From: Sedimentisphaerales bacterium
GTDB lineage: Bacteria; Planctomycetota; Phycisphaerae; Sedimentisphaerales; SM23-30
Reading direction: 5' to 3'
Length of the DNA stretch: 64,000 nt
NCBI GenBank assembly: GCA_963663965.2
Contig: CAXXFK010000028.1
Location: 160,001 to 224,000, forward strand
The notes beneath the pieces are model-generated. The model was not told the DNA's origin and searched no databases. It saw only the letters and a list, made by a program, of their open reading frames with translations. A program made the position numbers and the translations under genes. Positions within the stretch are counted from its first letter, which is position 1. Every line of letters begins with the position of its first letter. Positions 1 to 11,143 of the stretch are shown in pieces.

Positions 1-1608
1 GTAGTCAAGCCCTTTATCAATACAGTCATCCACCAGCAGTGACATATATGGTACCGGGTAGTTTTCTGCATATATTCTTTCAATGGTGCTGTTGCCTTCT
101 ATCTTTACATCAACGAAAAACTGCATTTGCTTTTTATATGCTTCAAGCAGTTGTTCATAGCTGGTGAAGTTGTCAGGATCACCTGTCTGTAAGCCAAGCT
201 GAATACCTGTATTTGGATCTACACCATTGTTGAGTACCAGTTCCAGTATCTTGGGCCAGTTCATATAGCCGGTTAGAGTACAGCTTTCTTTACCAAAGGC
301 ACTTGTTTCAACACAGCCGCTTGGCCCGCCGTCACGAGCATCTTCAATTGTTTTACCGTGATTGAGCTGTTCCTGAACAATTGTTTCAGAGTTAAAGCAT
401 GATGGCTGGCCGATACCTATTTTGATAACTTCACATGCCCGTTTAAGGAAGCTATCCGGGTTGAGCTTGCTAAGCTGGATACATGAGCTAGGCTGGGTAA
501 GCTTCATTTCCTTGACGGTATCGAGTACCATAAATGATATATCGTTTACGCAATCGTTTCCCTCTTTGTCCAGACCTCCGACATTAATAAGGGAGAAGTC
601 GGTATAGGTAGCGCTTTGTTCTTCGGTAACACCTACTTTTGGTGGGGAAGGGTGATTGTTAAATTTAACCCAGAAACACTGCAGAAGTTCGCGTGCTTTT
701 TCTTCAGTAAGTATGCCGCTTTCAATATCCGACTTGTAGAATGGGTATAAATGGCGATCCAGACGGCCTGGGTTGTATGAGTCCCATGGATTGGTTTCTG
801 AGATCACACCCAGGTGGATAAACCAGTACATCTGCAGGGCTTCATGAAAATTTCTTGGTGGGTTAGCCGGCACATGAGCACATATTTCAGCTATTTTCTG
901 GAGTTCATCTTTACGCTGAGGGTCGGTTTCGGCCGTCGCCAACTCAGCAGCTTTCTGTGAGTATCTGCTGGCAAATGTCATGATAGCATCTGCTGAGATA
1001 TCCATAGCCTGCAGTTCAATATCCTTTTCTTTGTCTGCCGGATCGTTGATGTCTAGCTTTTCACGAGCTGCCGCGATCTTATTTTTAAGGTCCAGCATCC
1101 CCAGTCTGTAAATCTTATCGTCAGAAATAGCGTGTCCTGGGCTGCGTTGCTCCATAAACTCTGTATAGATGCCGGCTTCGAAAGCTTCTTTCCATTTTGG
1201 AGTCATAGCGGCAAAAACTTTTTCACGGATGGTTTTGCCTTTATCTGCCCAGAAAGGGATTATTGTGTCCTGATAAATGCTAATAGTATCAGTATTAACT
1301 CTGAATGGATTCTTAATTCTTGTATTAAGTACTTCCAGATCTGCTATATCGTGGCAACAGAGTTCCGGGTAAGTTGAAACTGCTCTCGGTGCGCTGCCTC
1401 TTTCACCAACGATCAATTCATATTCACCAATACAGACTGTCTTTTTCTGCATAAGATTCAGGAAGTTTCCAGCTCTTAGCAGGGCAGGAGGAAGCGTTCC
1501 TTCGTGCTCTTTGTAATATTCTGTAACTATTTGAGCACGCTCAGGACAGATATATGGCTCAGTTTCAACTGATTGGGTACGAAGTCTATCTACTCTTTCA
1601 TTTATCAT
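1..1608 (-). CDS. hypD: Glycyl radical enzyme, trans-4-hydroxy-L-proline dehydratase (HypD)-like; 3' end outside window
   Basis: Manual translation from ATG 1608 (GGAG upstream): MINERVDRLR..., EFMEQRSPGH, NPWDSYNPGRLD, FWVKFNN, QSATYTDF, GGPSGCVE (catalytic Cys loop), TLTGYMN. These match HypD motifs recalled from knowledge. Adjacent to an activase. Confidence 0.8.
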   Translation of the reverse strand, partial: MINERVDRLRTQSVETEPYICPERAQIVTEYYKEHEGTLPPALLRAGNFLNLMQKKTVCIGEYELIVGERGSAPRAVSTYPELCCHDIADLEVLNTRIKNPFRVNTDTISIYQDTIIPFWADKGKTIREKVFAAMTPKWKEAFEAGIYTEFMEQRSPGHAISDDKIYRLGMLDLKNKIAAAREKLDINDPADKEKDIELQAMDISADAIMTFASRYSQKAAELATAETDPQRKDELQKIAEICAHVPANPPRNFHEALQMYWFIHLGVISETNPWDSYNPGRLDRHLYPFYKSDIESGILTEEKARELLQCFWVKFNNHPSPPKVGVTEEQSATYTDFSLINVGGLDKEGNDCVNDISFMVLDTVKEMKLTQPSSCIQLSKLNPDSFLKRACEVIKIGIGQPSCFNSETIVQEQLNHGKTIEDARDGGPSGCVETSAFGKESCTLTGYMNWPKILELVLNNGVDPNTGIQLGLQTGDPDNFTSYEQLLEAYKKQMQFFVDVKIEGNSTIERIYAENYPVPYMSLLVDDCIDKGLDY

Positions 1609-1638
1609 AACAATACTCCACACGTACAAATTCTTTTT

Positions 1639-2502
1639 TTATATCAATATTGCTTTTTTTTCCTGACCGCCCGAATTATAAGGTAGGAAATCGATACCTA
1701 TCAGGGTCTTTATTGAGCTGGCAAATTCCTTTGTCTTTTCAATATTGTCCTGATCATCGTTTATACCTGGAATCAGGGGAGTCCGGATTATTATAGGCTT
1801 GCCGGCATTTGAAATTGTGGAAATATTTTCGAAAATAATTTTATTTTCCACGCCGGTTACTTTTTTATGTATTTCGCTGTTCATATGCTTTACATCGCAT
1901 AGGAACAGGTCGGCAAGTGGTATAATTTCGGCGATCACTTCAGCTGTTGTATAACATGAAGTATCTACCGTACAGTGAATACCTTTATCTTTTAACGCTG
2001 ACAAACAGCTGGCAAGAAATTTGGGTTGGGCCAGCGGTTCTCCGCCGGAAAATGTCACACCTCCGCCAGAGTTATCGTAGAACATTTTATCCTTTTCTGC
2101 TTCAAACAAAACATCATCAACAGAAACTTTTCTACCTGTAATAGCCAGAGCCTGTGTAGGACAGATATCTGCACAATTGCCACAGGCAGTACAGGTCTCT
2201 TTTATATATTCAAAAGGCTTGGCATCGTGTACTGAATCTGTCATACTTTCAGATGGGCATATAGATGCACAGCTTTTGCAATTTATGCAAAAGCCTTTAC
2301 GAAAAGTCAGTTCCGGCTTAAAGCTGATGCTCTCAGGGTTGTGACACCACTGGCAATTTAATGGACATCCTTTTAGAAAAAAAGTTGTCCTTATCCCCGG
2401 TCCATCGTTGATTGCATATCTTTTAATATCAAATATGGTTCCGGTTGTTTTTTTATTAGCGTCTGACTTATTTATACCTTTCTCATTTTCAATGCTGCTC
2501 AT
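1639..2502 (-). CDS. Glycyl-radical enzyme activating protein (radical SAM with ferredoxin insertion)
   Basis: DGPGIRTTFFLKGCPLNCQWCHNPES, two CxxCxxCxxxCP motifs, GGVTFSGGEP. Confidence 0.93.
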   Translation of the reverse strand: MSSIENEKGINKSDANKKTTGTIFDIKRYAINDGPGIRTTFFLKGCPLNCQWCHNPESISFKPELTFRKGFCINCKSCASICPSESMTDSVHDAKPFEYIKETCTACGNCADICPTQALAITGRKVSVDDVLFEAEKDKMFYDNSGGGVTFSGGEPLAQPKFLASCLSALKDKGIHCTVDTSCYTTAEVIAEIIPLADLFLCDVKHMNSEIHKKVTGVENKIIFENISTISNAGKPIIIRTPLIPGINDDQDNIEKTKEFASSIKTLIGIDFLPYNSGGQEKKAILI

Positions 2503-2677
2503 CCGCTAGATTATAATGGTTTGATATATTGAAATGCAAATGATAAATAGCTTTGGGAAATGGAGTTACGAGGAATTGACTTCAAGGTAATAAAAAACTG
2601 CCGAAACAGTCAAATGTTTCGGCAGTTGTGGAATATTTTTTATTCATATTTGGGGAATGTGGTTTCTTATTTGAACT

Positions 2678-3183
2678 CTAAAAGTCTACTCCTAGTCCAA
2701 GTATATGTTTTGTATCGGTTGAACCGCTTCCTTCTGCAGGTGACGCATCGTAATCGAATATTGTTTTGAAACTGCCATATATCATCTCGTTGAAACGATA
2801 ACGAAATTCAGAATTAGCTGTCAGATAATAATCTGAGAATTCATTAGAGCTAGGGTAGTACTCAAGTGAGTTCTTGAAGCTTAGTTTGGTATTGATTTGC
2901 CATTTAAGGTTATATGCAAGCCTTAATGATAGTTCATCACTTGTCTCTGCAACATCTTCTACAACATATTTCTCATGTAGTTCTGATATACCAAGGTCTC
3001 CATTTAGAGTAAAATCTTTCTTTTTGTAGAATCTTTTACCTAAACCTAATGTACCTATAATTCTTTGATCAAGATCAGCTATATGGTCAGTTTTATAATT
3101 TGCATCTGCCACTCCATAGACTGTATCTGTGAAGTTATATTCTCGTTTAACACCTGCTGTAAAATATTCTTCAGTTGTAGCAT
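2678..3183 (-). CDS. DUF481/YdiY-like outer-membrane beta-barrel protein, 5'-truncated
   Basis: Amphipathic beta-strands and C-terminal LGLGVDF. The frame stays open upstream to the ~3183 junction; no signal peptide present. Confidence 0.65.
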
Positions 3184-3337
3184 CATGCGGCGGCGGATGG
3201 GGGAAGCATCATCGCGGATCAGCGAGGAGTGGTGTCTGGCGGCGGATGTGGCGGGCGTGGAGCAGGCTGTCGCTTATATCCAGAACGGCAGGAAACAACA
3301 AACAAAATCCGGGCATGAGCTAAGGGACCGTCAATAA
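3181..3337 (+). pseudogene. C-terminal fragment of a GT4-like glycosyltransferase
   Basis: RRRMGEASSRISEEW resembles GT-B C-terminal helices; starts at the composition junction. Confidence 0.5.
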
Positions 3338-3505
3338 ATAAATACTGCATTTCTCATCCCATCTTGCCGCCATCTTCAGCCGCTTCTCAATCGCAAAATC
3401 CTCGACATAGAACAGCTATGCCTGCGGTTTTGCTCAATCGGCGCGACTGAATCTGACGACAAGCTGGGCGATAAATTGCAGCATTTATTTATTTACAGCC
3501 CCTAA
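3321..3505. mobile_element. MITE-like element (~180 bp) with imperfect TIRs and TAA flanks
   Basis: TAAGGGACCGTCAATAAATAAATACTGCATTT (3321-3352) versus the reverse complement of 3473-3505 (TTAGGGGCTGTAAATAAATAAATGCTGCAATTT); TAA on both sides. Confidence 0.7.
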
Positions 3506-3511
3506 TCGATC

Positions 3512-4342
3512 ATGCGGGAGACAATTATGGCAGTGGTATCAACCAGGCAGAATCATGGCGGAGAGGTCCGCGAAGTTACTCGAGATAGCTCAAGTACCAC
3601 GGAGGCAACCGGCGCTGCCTCGTATTATACCGATGGCGGCTGGTGGTCCCAGCGGCGTGGCTATCGATCAACCTATAAAGTGCGCTTGGTTATGGAGATG
3701 CTGGGCGATGTCCAGGCGTTTTTCCAGCCGGGTTTTAAGGGCGCTGAGATCGGATGCGGCAATGGTTCGTTTCTGCTGCCATTAGCGGAGGAACTGGATC
3801 GAAATGGTTGTGATTATCAGTTGACCGGTTATGATATCGCCCCGAACGCGATTGCCATGGCCCGGGAGGACAGCGCTGATAACCCGCGTCTTCAGTTTGA
3901 ACTGGGTTCTGCCGACGCGCCGGCGGAGCGATTGGATGCGGTTTTTTTGCTGGATGTCCTGGAGCATGTGGAAAATCCTTATGAATTTTTGCGTCAGGTA
4001 TGCGAAAAGGCGGAGCGGGTGATCGTGCATCTGCCGTTGGAGCAGAGCTGGGCTCATTTGCTTATGAAGCGGCCCAGCCGGTCATTCGAACGGTTCCGTC
4101 ATATTCACTTCTTTTCGTGGACGACGGCAAGGATTTTGTTTGAGGTATGCGGATGCCGGATCGAGCGGTATCAATTTACCGGGGCGACCAGGGAGAGTGT
4201 ACGAATGGCCGGGGGGTGGCATCACCGGTTGATGCGGCGGGTGCGGTATTGGCTGTTTAAATGTCTGCCGGAGTTGACGGTGATGCTGGCGGGCGGGAGT
4301 GTGCTGGCAGAATTAAAACCGAAAGTTAAAAATGATACATAG
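3512..4342 (+). CDS. Class I SAM-dependent methyltransferase
   Basis: AEIGCGNG motif I, GYDIA, LLDVLEHV. Confidence 0.88.
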   Translation: MRETIMAVVSTRQNHGGEVREVTRDSSSTTEATGAASYYTDGGWWSQRRGYRSTYKVRLVMEMLGDVQAFFQPGFKGAEIGCGNGSFLLPLAEELDRNGCDYQLTGYDIAPNAIAMAREDSADNPRLQFELGSADAPAERLDAVFLLDVLEHVENPYEFLRQVCEKAERVIVHLPLEQSWAHLLMKRPSRSFERFRHIHFFSWTTARILFEVCGCRIERYQFTGATRESVRMAGGWHHRLMRRVRYWLFKCLPELTVMLAGGSVLAELKPKVKNDT

Positions 4343-4351
4343 GAGCCAATC

Positions 4352-5186
4352 ATGAATTACTATGATCAGTACCGGGTGAAACCGGATAGCAAGGTGGATT
4401 TATCGCAGTGGGATCCGGGCGACACGCGGGATCTTAAAGATAAGAAGGGGGCGAAAGAAGCCGTAGAAAAAAACGCCAAACGGCTGGCTGAGTTGCAGTA
4501 TCTGTTGTATGCCGAGAATAAGCGGTCGCTGTTGGTTATTTTACAGGCGATGGACGCGGGCGGTAAGGATGGCACGATCCGGCATGTGATGGGGATGCTG
4601 AACCCGCAAGGGTGTCGGGTGTCATCGTTTAAGGCGCCGAACGAGGTGGAGGCAAGTCATGACTTTTTATGGCGGATCCATCACAATGTCCCGAAGCGGG
4701 GCGAAATCGGTATTTTTAACCGGTCGCATTATGAAGATGTGCTGATTGTCCGGGTGCATGATCTGGTCGAGAAAGAGGTCTGGTCGAAGCGGTACGATCA
4801 GATCAATGATTTTGAAAAAACTTTGACTGAGAGTGGTGTGCCATCTATTGAAATTCTATCTGCATATCAGTCCGGAAGAGCAGTTGAAGCGGTTTCGGGA
4901 TCGGGTGGATCAGCCGGAGAAACACTGGAAACTGTCGCCGGGCGATTTTCAGGAGCATCAATACTGGAAGGATTACATGAAAGCATTCGAGGCGGCGCTG
5001 GAAAAATGTTCGACAAAACACGCACCGTGGTTTATTGTGCCGGCGAATAAGAAATGGTATCGCAACCTGGTGGTATCGGAGATTATTAAAGAGACACTGG
5101 AAGGGCTGGATATGCGGTATCCGCAGCCGAAGCATGATGTTGAAGGGTTGCGGAAGGAACTGGACGCATTGGAAGCGGCGTTGTAG
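4352..5186 (+). CDS. Polyphosphate kinase 2 family protein, frameshifted near 4840
   Basis: LQAMDAGGKDG, FNRSHYEDVL in the first frame; KFYLHISPEEQ, KHWK, APWFIVPANKKW in the second. Confidence 0.88.
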
Positions 5187-5328
5187 GGACTTCTTCTTGT
5201 ATTTTTCAGGTAGACCCATCGGGTAATGAAATGCCTGATCGCCGGCAAGCTGAGTTTTTACTCGTAAAAAGTTATTTCACGGCTAAGCCGTCGGTATTAA
5301 TCGTTTATGGTATATTCAAGAGGTGTTG

Positions 5329-6578
5329 TTAAGGTTTGATAAATATATCCCAGGGGATCGCATAGTCATTTTCTGATAGTGGCAAAATTTTGTCAGTAGG
5401 AGCGATGACTATCCCTTTGGCGATATTTAATTGAGGATACGTATTTCTGAAAGCGGTAAGGCCGCTGGTGTCCTGACGAGTCAGCCGGCTTTTTGACTTG
5501 ATTTCAATTGGATAAAAAACTCCGTCTCTTTCCAGGATTATATCCACTTCGGCTTGTCGAATCGTTCGCCAATGGTACATGATTGGCGGCATGGACATTG
5601 TGGAACACTGTTTACGAATTTCGCTGACGACAGCGGTTTCGAATAACGCTCCCCAGAGCGGATGGGATGGGACTGCTTGCGGAGATGATATAGCCTGAGC
5701 TGAACAGGCAATGCCGGTATCGGCAATAAAGCCTTTGGGCTTGCCGGTGATTCGCTTGATAGTATTGCCGGAGTACGCCGGTATTTCAAACCACTGGAAA
5801 GTGGCCCGTCAGCATATTAAGCCAGCGTTTTTGAGGTTTGGGGATTCAAACCCAATTCGCGTCCCAGTTGACTGTAATTGATTTCCTGGGCCGTGAGTGC
5901 AGCGGTTAAACGGACGAAACGGCCAAATTGCTGCCAGTCCGAGACATCAGCTAGAAGCCGGACATCCCGTTCGATATAAGTTCGAAGATAGGCATAATGA
6001 AATTCACCTATTGTTTCCAAAGGGAGAAAGCGCGCTTCAGGCAAAAAACCCCGCCAGATGATTTCATAAAGAGGTATGTCATTATTCAGGCGTTCTGGTT
6101 TGGCTTCTAATAATTTGTTCAGGCTGAGTCAACCAGAGTTCCAGCCAGGATTTCTCGATATGGGTTTGGTGTCATTTCGGAAAGACTGAAACCTTCCAGA
6201 TCGATAAAAACTGCCCGGCCTGCCAGACTTTCGGCAATTGATTTCAGGACACTCCATTGTTGTGAACCGGTTTAAAATATATTGCCCGGAAATTCTATTC
6301 TGATCGATACGCCGTTTGAGAGCCGGGACCAACTCTGGGGCGTATTGAATTTCATCGAGGATTAATGGCTTTTTAAGGTGATTATCCAGAAAGAGTTCAG
6401 GATCCTGTCTGGCGTTTTCAATATCGATGACCGGATCGAAAACCAACATGTCGGCATCAGGAAATGAGTTTCGAACCAGGGTGCTTTTTCCGACCTGTCT
6501 TGCGCCTGTAATGACTACGGCCGGGAAGGTCTTAACTAGTTTAAGCAGTTTATTTGTTATCATTCTTCTGATATACAT
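5329..6578 (-). CDS. AAA+ ATPase with DUF4143/PD-(D/E)xK-like C-terminus, several frameshifts
   Basis: TGARQVGKST Walker A, ILDEIQ Walker B, YLRTYIERDV, EVDIIL...PIEIK spread over 4 ORF pieces. Confidence 0.8.
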
Positions 6579-6618
6579 ATGTAGTATTTTAGTGATGTCG
6601 TCATTAAAATACTACATA
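6578..6618. promoter_or_regulatory. Inverted repeat, candidate autoregulatory operator
   Basis: TATGTAGTATTTTAGTGA-tgtcg-TCATTAAAATACTACATA (17/18 match) abutting the ATPase start codon. Confidence 0.55.
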
Positions 6619-6801
6619 AATCAATCTGTTTTGTTAAAATAGGGAAAATTTGCCAAGAAAAATCATCAAGATTGGTTATTGGACGTAAATATTCAGTGGT
6701 TTTACCATTTTTTTCTTAATTATTTGTAAATAAAATAGATATGTTGTATTGAATGTTTCGATGGTTGAAAAAACTTTTAAGATGAAAATGTATCAGTAAT
6801 A

Positions 6802-8192
6802 TGGCAGATAAGAGATCGTTTGAGATGTTTTGTTGTCATAAGACGCAGAATTTTGCGTCTTATAGTCAATGTGTGTCGGTGGAAAGCCCGGCGGTGTTGG
6901 CGGAGGGGGTGCGTGAGGTGTTTTCGGACGCGGGGGCCGATGCGGCATTTTTTTGGTTATTATGACAAATCGCCGATCGGGGCGGATGGCCGGTCGCTGT
7001 TGTGTCACCGGGTGGATTTTGACGGGCGGCTGCCGGGGGTGGAGGATCGGGCGGAAATAGGCCGGTATGACCCTGGATACGGGAGAGTATACGGCGCTGG
7101 CCGAGACGCGGTGTTTTACACTGGCAGCAGGGGGCCATGCTGCAATGGCTGGGGCCGGATTTCGCGGAGGCGGATTATTTATAATGATCTGGTGGATGGG
7201 GAGTACCGGGCGGTGGTCCTGGATCTGGTTGATGGCAGTCGGCGGGTACTTTGCCGGCCGGTGTATCATGTACGGGGGGGATGGTAAGGCGGCGGTGACG
7301 CTGGATTTCCGGCGGTTGTACTGGGCGCGGGCGAGCTATGCTTATAGCCAGATTGAAGATGAATCCCGGAAAGGGCAGGCGCCGGAAGGAGATGGGATTG
7401 AGTGGGTGGATCTGGAAAGCGACCAGAGCCGGATGCTGATATCGACCCGGGACTTGATGGCGTTTGGGCCGATGGCGAGTATGCCGGAAGGGGATCATTA
7501 TCTTGAGCATCTGATGTTCAGTCCGGATGGGAAGCGGGTGGCGTTTTATCATCGCTGGACGCGGCCGGGCGGCGGGTGGTGGACACGGTTATTTACCATG
7601 GACAGCGAGGGCGGCGGGTTGTATTTGTATCCGGATTCGGGGTGTTATTCGCATGGCTGCTGGCGGAACGATCACCAGGTATTGTACTGGTGCCGGCAGC
7701 AGAACACCTGGTCAAAACTGCGGGCGCGGGATGGCTGGATACGCAGGCTGTTGACACCGGTGTTGCTGTTGAATCGTAAGTTGGGGAGAGTGGGTTATGG
7801 TGCGGCAGGCGCGGTCGAGTGTGAGCGGGTTTGGCTATACCCTGTTTAACGACACAGATCGCAACAAAGCGGTTGAGATGACGATCCCGTTGAATGAGGA
7901 TGGTCATTGTACGTTTCGGCCGGGCGATGAGAATCTGTTTGTGACAGATACTTATCCGAAAAAGGGGGTCGGACAGAAACTGCTGCTGGGTGATTTGCGG
8001 ACCAGACGACTGGTTGAACTGGGAACGTTTTATTGTCCGGAAGCATTTATGGAAAAAGGGTATCGATGCGATTTGCATCCGAGATGGGATCTGGCGGGGA
8101 ACCGGATCTGTATCGATACGTTGATGGATGGGACGAGGCAAATTGTGGTTTATGATGTGTCGGAGGTTGTAAAGCGAATCAGACATCAATAA
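6802..8192 (+). CDS. TolB/oligogalacturonate-lyase-like beta-propeller protein, frameshifted
   Basis: HFFGYYDKSP, HLMFSPDGKR, DGHCTF, TDTYP, RCDLHPRW across several frames; start uncertain. Confidence 0.6.
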
Positions 8193-8267
8193 GGGATGGA
8201 GAGAAATGGAGGTCGTGACAACATGATTGGCATTCTTGAATGATAACACGAAAGCAAGGAGTTTAAG

Positions 8268-9466
8268 ATGAAAGTACTGGCGATCTTTCCGGGATATGAA
8301 CCGGCCTGGGCCTTTGGCGGGGTGGCGCGATCAGGCGGGCGGTTGTGCCGGGCATTGGCGAGTGAAGGAGTGGATGTGACGGTCTATACGACGAATCTGA
8401 ATGGCGCCGGCGGGACGCTGGATATGGCTGTGCGTCAGCCGGTGGATCGAGGGGGGGGTGACGGTGTGGTATTTTCCGGCCTTGTTCGACCAGGTGTTTC
8501 ACGCGCCGGCATTGACGGAACATTTGCAACGAACGGTGGGTGAGTTCGATCTGATTTATATCGCGGCGGCGTGGCAATGGCTGGGGATCGAGGCGGCGCG
8601 GATCGCGCGCCGGGCGGGTGTGCCCTATGTGGTGGCGCCGCGCGGGTCGCTGCACCCTTCGACACTGTCGGAGCGGCCGTTACGAAAATGGCTGTTTCGC
8701 AAGCTGTTTTTTAATGACTGTTTGCGGTACGCGGCGACGATCCATTATACCACGGATTATGAGCAGCGGCTGGCCGGCCGGACGTTGGGGCCGCATCGGT
8801 CGTATGTGGTGGCGAATCCGCTGGATGAGACGCTGTTTGAGGTGGATGAGACGCGACAGGAGGCGTTGCGTCAGACGGCGCGGCAACGCTGGCGACTGGA
8901 AGATGATATGCCGGTGGTGCTGACAGTGGTGCGGCCGGATCCGGTGAAGCGGTTGGATATTTTATTGGACGCGCTGGAGGCGGTGGTGCGGACCTGGGGT
9001 GAGGTTGTCTCTGGTTGTGGTTGGTGATGACCAGGCGGACTATCTGCTGGAGATGAAAGGGTATGCGGCCAGGATCGGCGTGGCGGAGCAGGTGATCTGG
9101 TCCGGGATACGCACGGAAGAGGATTTGCTGGCGGAATATTTCGGCGCGGACCTGTTTGTGATGACCAGCGCGCATGAGAATTTTTCAAACGCAACGGCTG
9201 AAGCGATGGCGCTGGGATTGCCGGTAGTGGTGTCGGGACGATGCGGAATCGCGCGTGATGTGCGGCGGCGGCATGCCGGGCGGGTTGTGCCGCTGGATGG
9301 CATGGCAACGGCGCAGGCGATCCGGTCGATTTTCAGTGAGCCGGCGGTCTATGAACAATTGAGCGAAAACGCGGAAGAAGCGGCGATTGAGTTGTATCGG
9401 CCGGAGGAGATTGCGGGGCGGACGATGGATGAATTTGAAGAGGTGATTGGTTATAAGAGGAGATAA
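8268..9466 (+). CDS. GT4 glycosyltransferase, frameshifted
   Basis: FGGVARS, VPYVVAPRGSL, SAHENFSNATAEAMALGLPVV. Confidence 0.85.
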
Positions 9467-9467
9467 A

Positions 9468-10403
9468 ATGGCACTGGATGAAGAAAGTGATAAGGCAATA
9501 AAACCACATTGGCTGGTCTTATGTAATGGCGTGATCGTAATGGTTTTGTGCGGGATTCTGGTCTGGGGAAGTGCTTATGAATCCGGGAAGATGAGTAATG
9601 TATTTGTTCTTTGCGGATCTTTAATTATTATCCCGGTGATGATTATTCTGGCCACGAAACAGTTTGACAGTATTCATCGGCGCAATCCTGACCCGGCTCG
9701 ATTTGCTAACCGGATTTATATTATTATTGCGGTCTTTAGTATTTTTGCTTTTGTTTCTAATTTGATTGAGGGCATTCGTGATGAAGGGTTCAGTATTGAT
9801 TACCTGATATACTACTTAAGGAACATTGGTTTATGGTTTATCGGGGTCTTTGCTTATGCTTTATTTTGTATTATTGTCAATTTGAGGTGGACAGTTAAAC
9901 TTGAGCAGGGTGATGGTGTTCGTGATTGCGCATATTCGATCATCTGTAAACCCAGAAGATATCGATTGATCTGGGCGTTCTATGCTGTTTTAGCTTTTTC
10001 GGGTTTTCTTGCCGGTCATCTTGTGGGTGAGGATATTCGGTTTGCCGAACATGTGGATCGGGTAAACTGGTTGCCTGAGACGGCTTCAAATATTTCCTAT
10101 CATTTTATTCGAGATATGACTGCCTATGAATTTGATATTCAGAAAGAGGACTTTCTGGAATTAGCCAAAAGCAGATTCTGGAAGGTGTCTGAAATTACGG
10201 AGCCATTCACGATAAAACGGTATACTTGGGTAGGGAATCTAATCAACCAATCGGAAATTGATTTATCAGTGATCGATCAGGAAAATTGCTGGGTTGTGTT
10301 GGATCAGGGTTATTATTATGAGAAACAAAGTGGAGCTGACTTCACTGCTGTTGGCTATGATTTTCTGAAAGGGCGAGCTTATTACTGTGGGTGGCATGAG
10401 TAG
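9468..10403 (+). CDS. Hypothetical multi-pass membrane protein
   Basis: About 5 hydrophobic segments; GAGGAG before ATG 9468; lower GC than neighbours. Confidence 0.7.
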   Translation: MALDEESDKAIKPHWLVLCNGVIVMVLCGILVWGSAYESGKMSNVFVLCGSLIIIPVMIILATKQFDSIHRRNPDPARFANRIYIIIAVFSIFAFVSNLIEGIRDEGFSIDYLIYYLRNIGLWFIGVFAYALFCIIVNLRWTVKLEQGDGVRDCAYSIICKPRRYRLIWAFYAVLAFSGFLAGHLVGEDIRFAEHVDRVNWLPETASNISYHFIRDMTAYEFDIQKEDFLELAKSRFWKVSEITEPFTIKRYTWVGNLINQSEIDLSVIDQENCWVVLDQGYYYEKQSGADFTAVGYDFLKGRAYYCGWHE

Positions 10404-11138
10404 TATGAATGGAGTAGTGTCGCCGTATCTGCCGAGGCGGCGAAGTGGGTTCGTACAGTGGGTACTGGACTGCAAATACGCGTTGGTGTATCGGGTATGG
10501 AAGCAGTGGATTGTGCGGTATTGCCGGGAACGCGGGATTGATGTGAGGCAGTTGAAACTGTTGGAGGTGGGGTGCGGACCGGGGAATCTGGTGGTGTGGC
10601 TGGCGCGCTGGTTTCGGGGGGCTGAGATCAAGGCCGTGGATGCGGATCCACATTTGCTGGCATATGCGGCCGGGCGGGTGCGCGGGGTGAAATTTGAGAA
10701 GGCGGACGCGTGCGGTCTGGAGGAATGGGATAACAGTTATGATATTGTGGTGTGTTTGCAGGTGATTGAGCATCTGGTTGAGCCGGGACGCGTTTTTTAC
10801 GGCGGGCGGTGGATTGTTTGAAGCCGGGTGGGATGCTGTTGATGGCAACGCCCAATCCGGAGGGCTGGGCGGCGCAGCGGTTGGAAGAAGCGGTGGCAGG
10901 GGATACGGCCAGACCATATTTCAGTGTATGGGCCGGGGCAATGGCGGGAGATGCTGGCAGGGGTTGGATTTGAGATGGTGGATGAGGGGGACTACGTTGT
11001 TTAACGGGATGCCGGTGATTGGGCGGTTTCCGCTGGGATTGCCGTTTTTACTGGCGCAGGCGGCGTTCGGGTATTTTCACTGGTGGCGGGGGTGAGAGTT
11101 ATATGGCGGTGGCGCGCAAGCCGGTTGGGTCGGATTGA
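10396..11138 (+). CDS. Class I SAM-dependent methyltransferase, frameshifted
   Basis: LLEVGCGPG, VCLQVIEHL, then LKPGG..ATPNP in another frame. Confidence 0.78.
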
Positions 11139-11143
11139 TGGCG

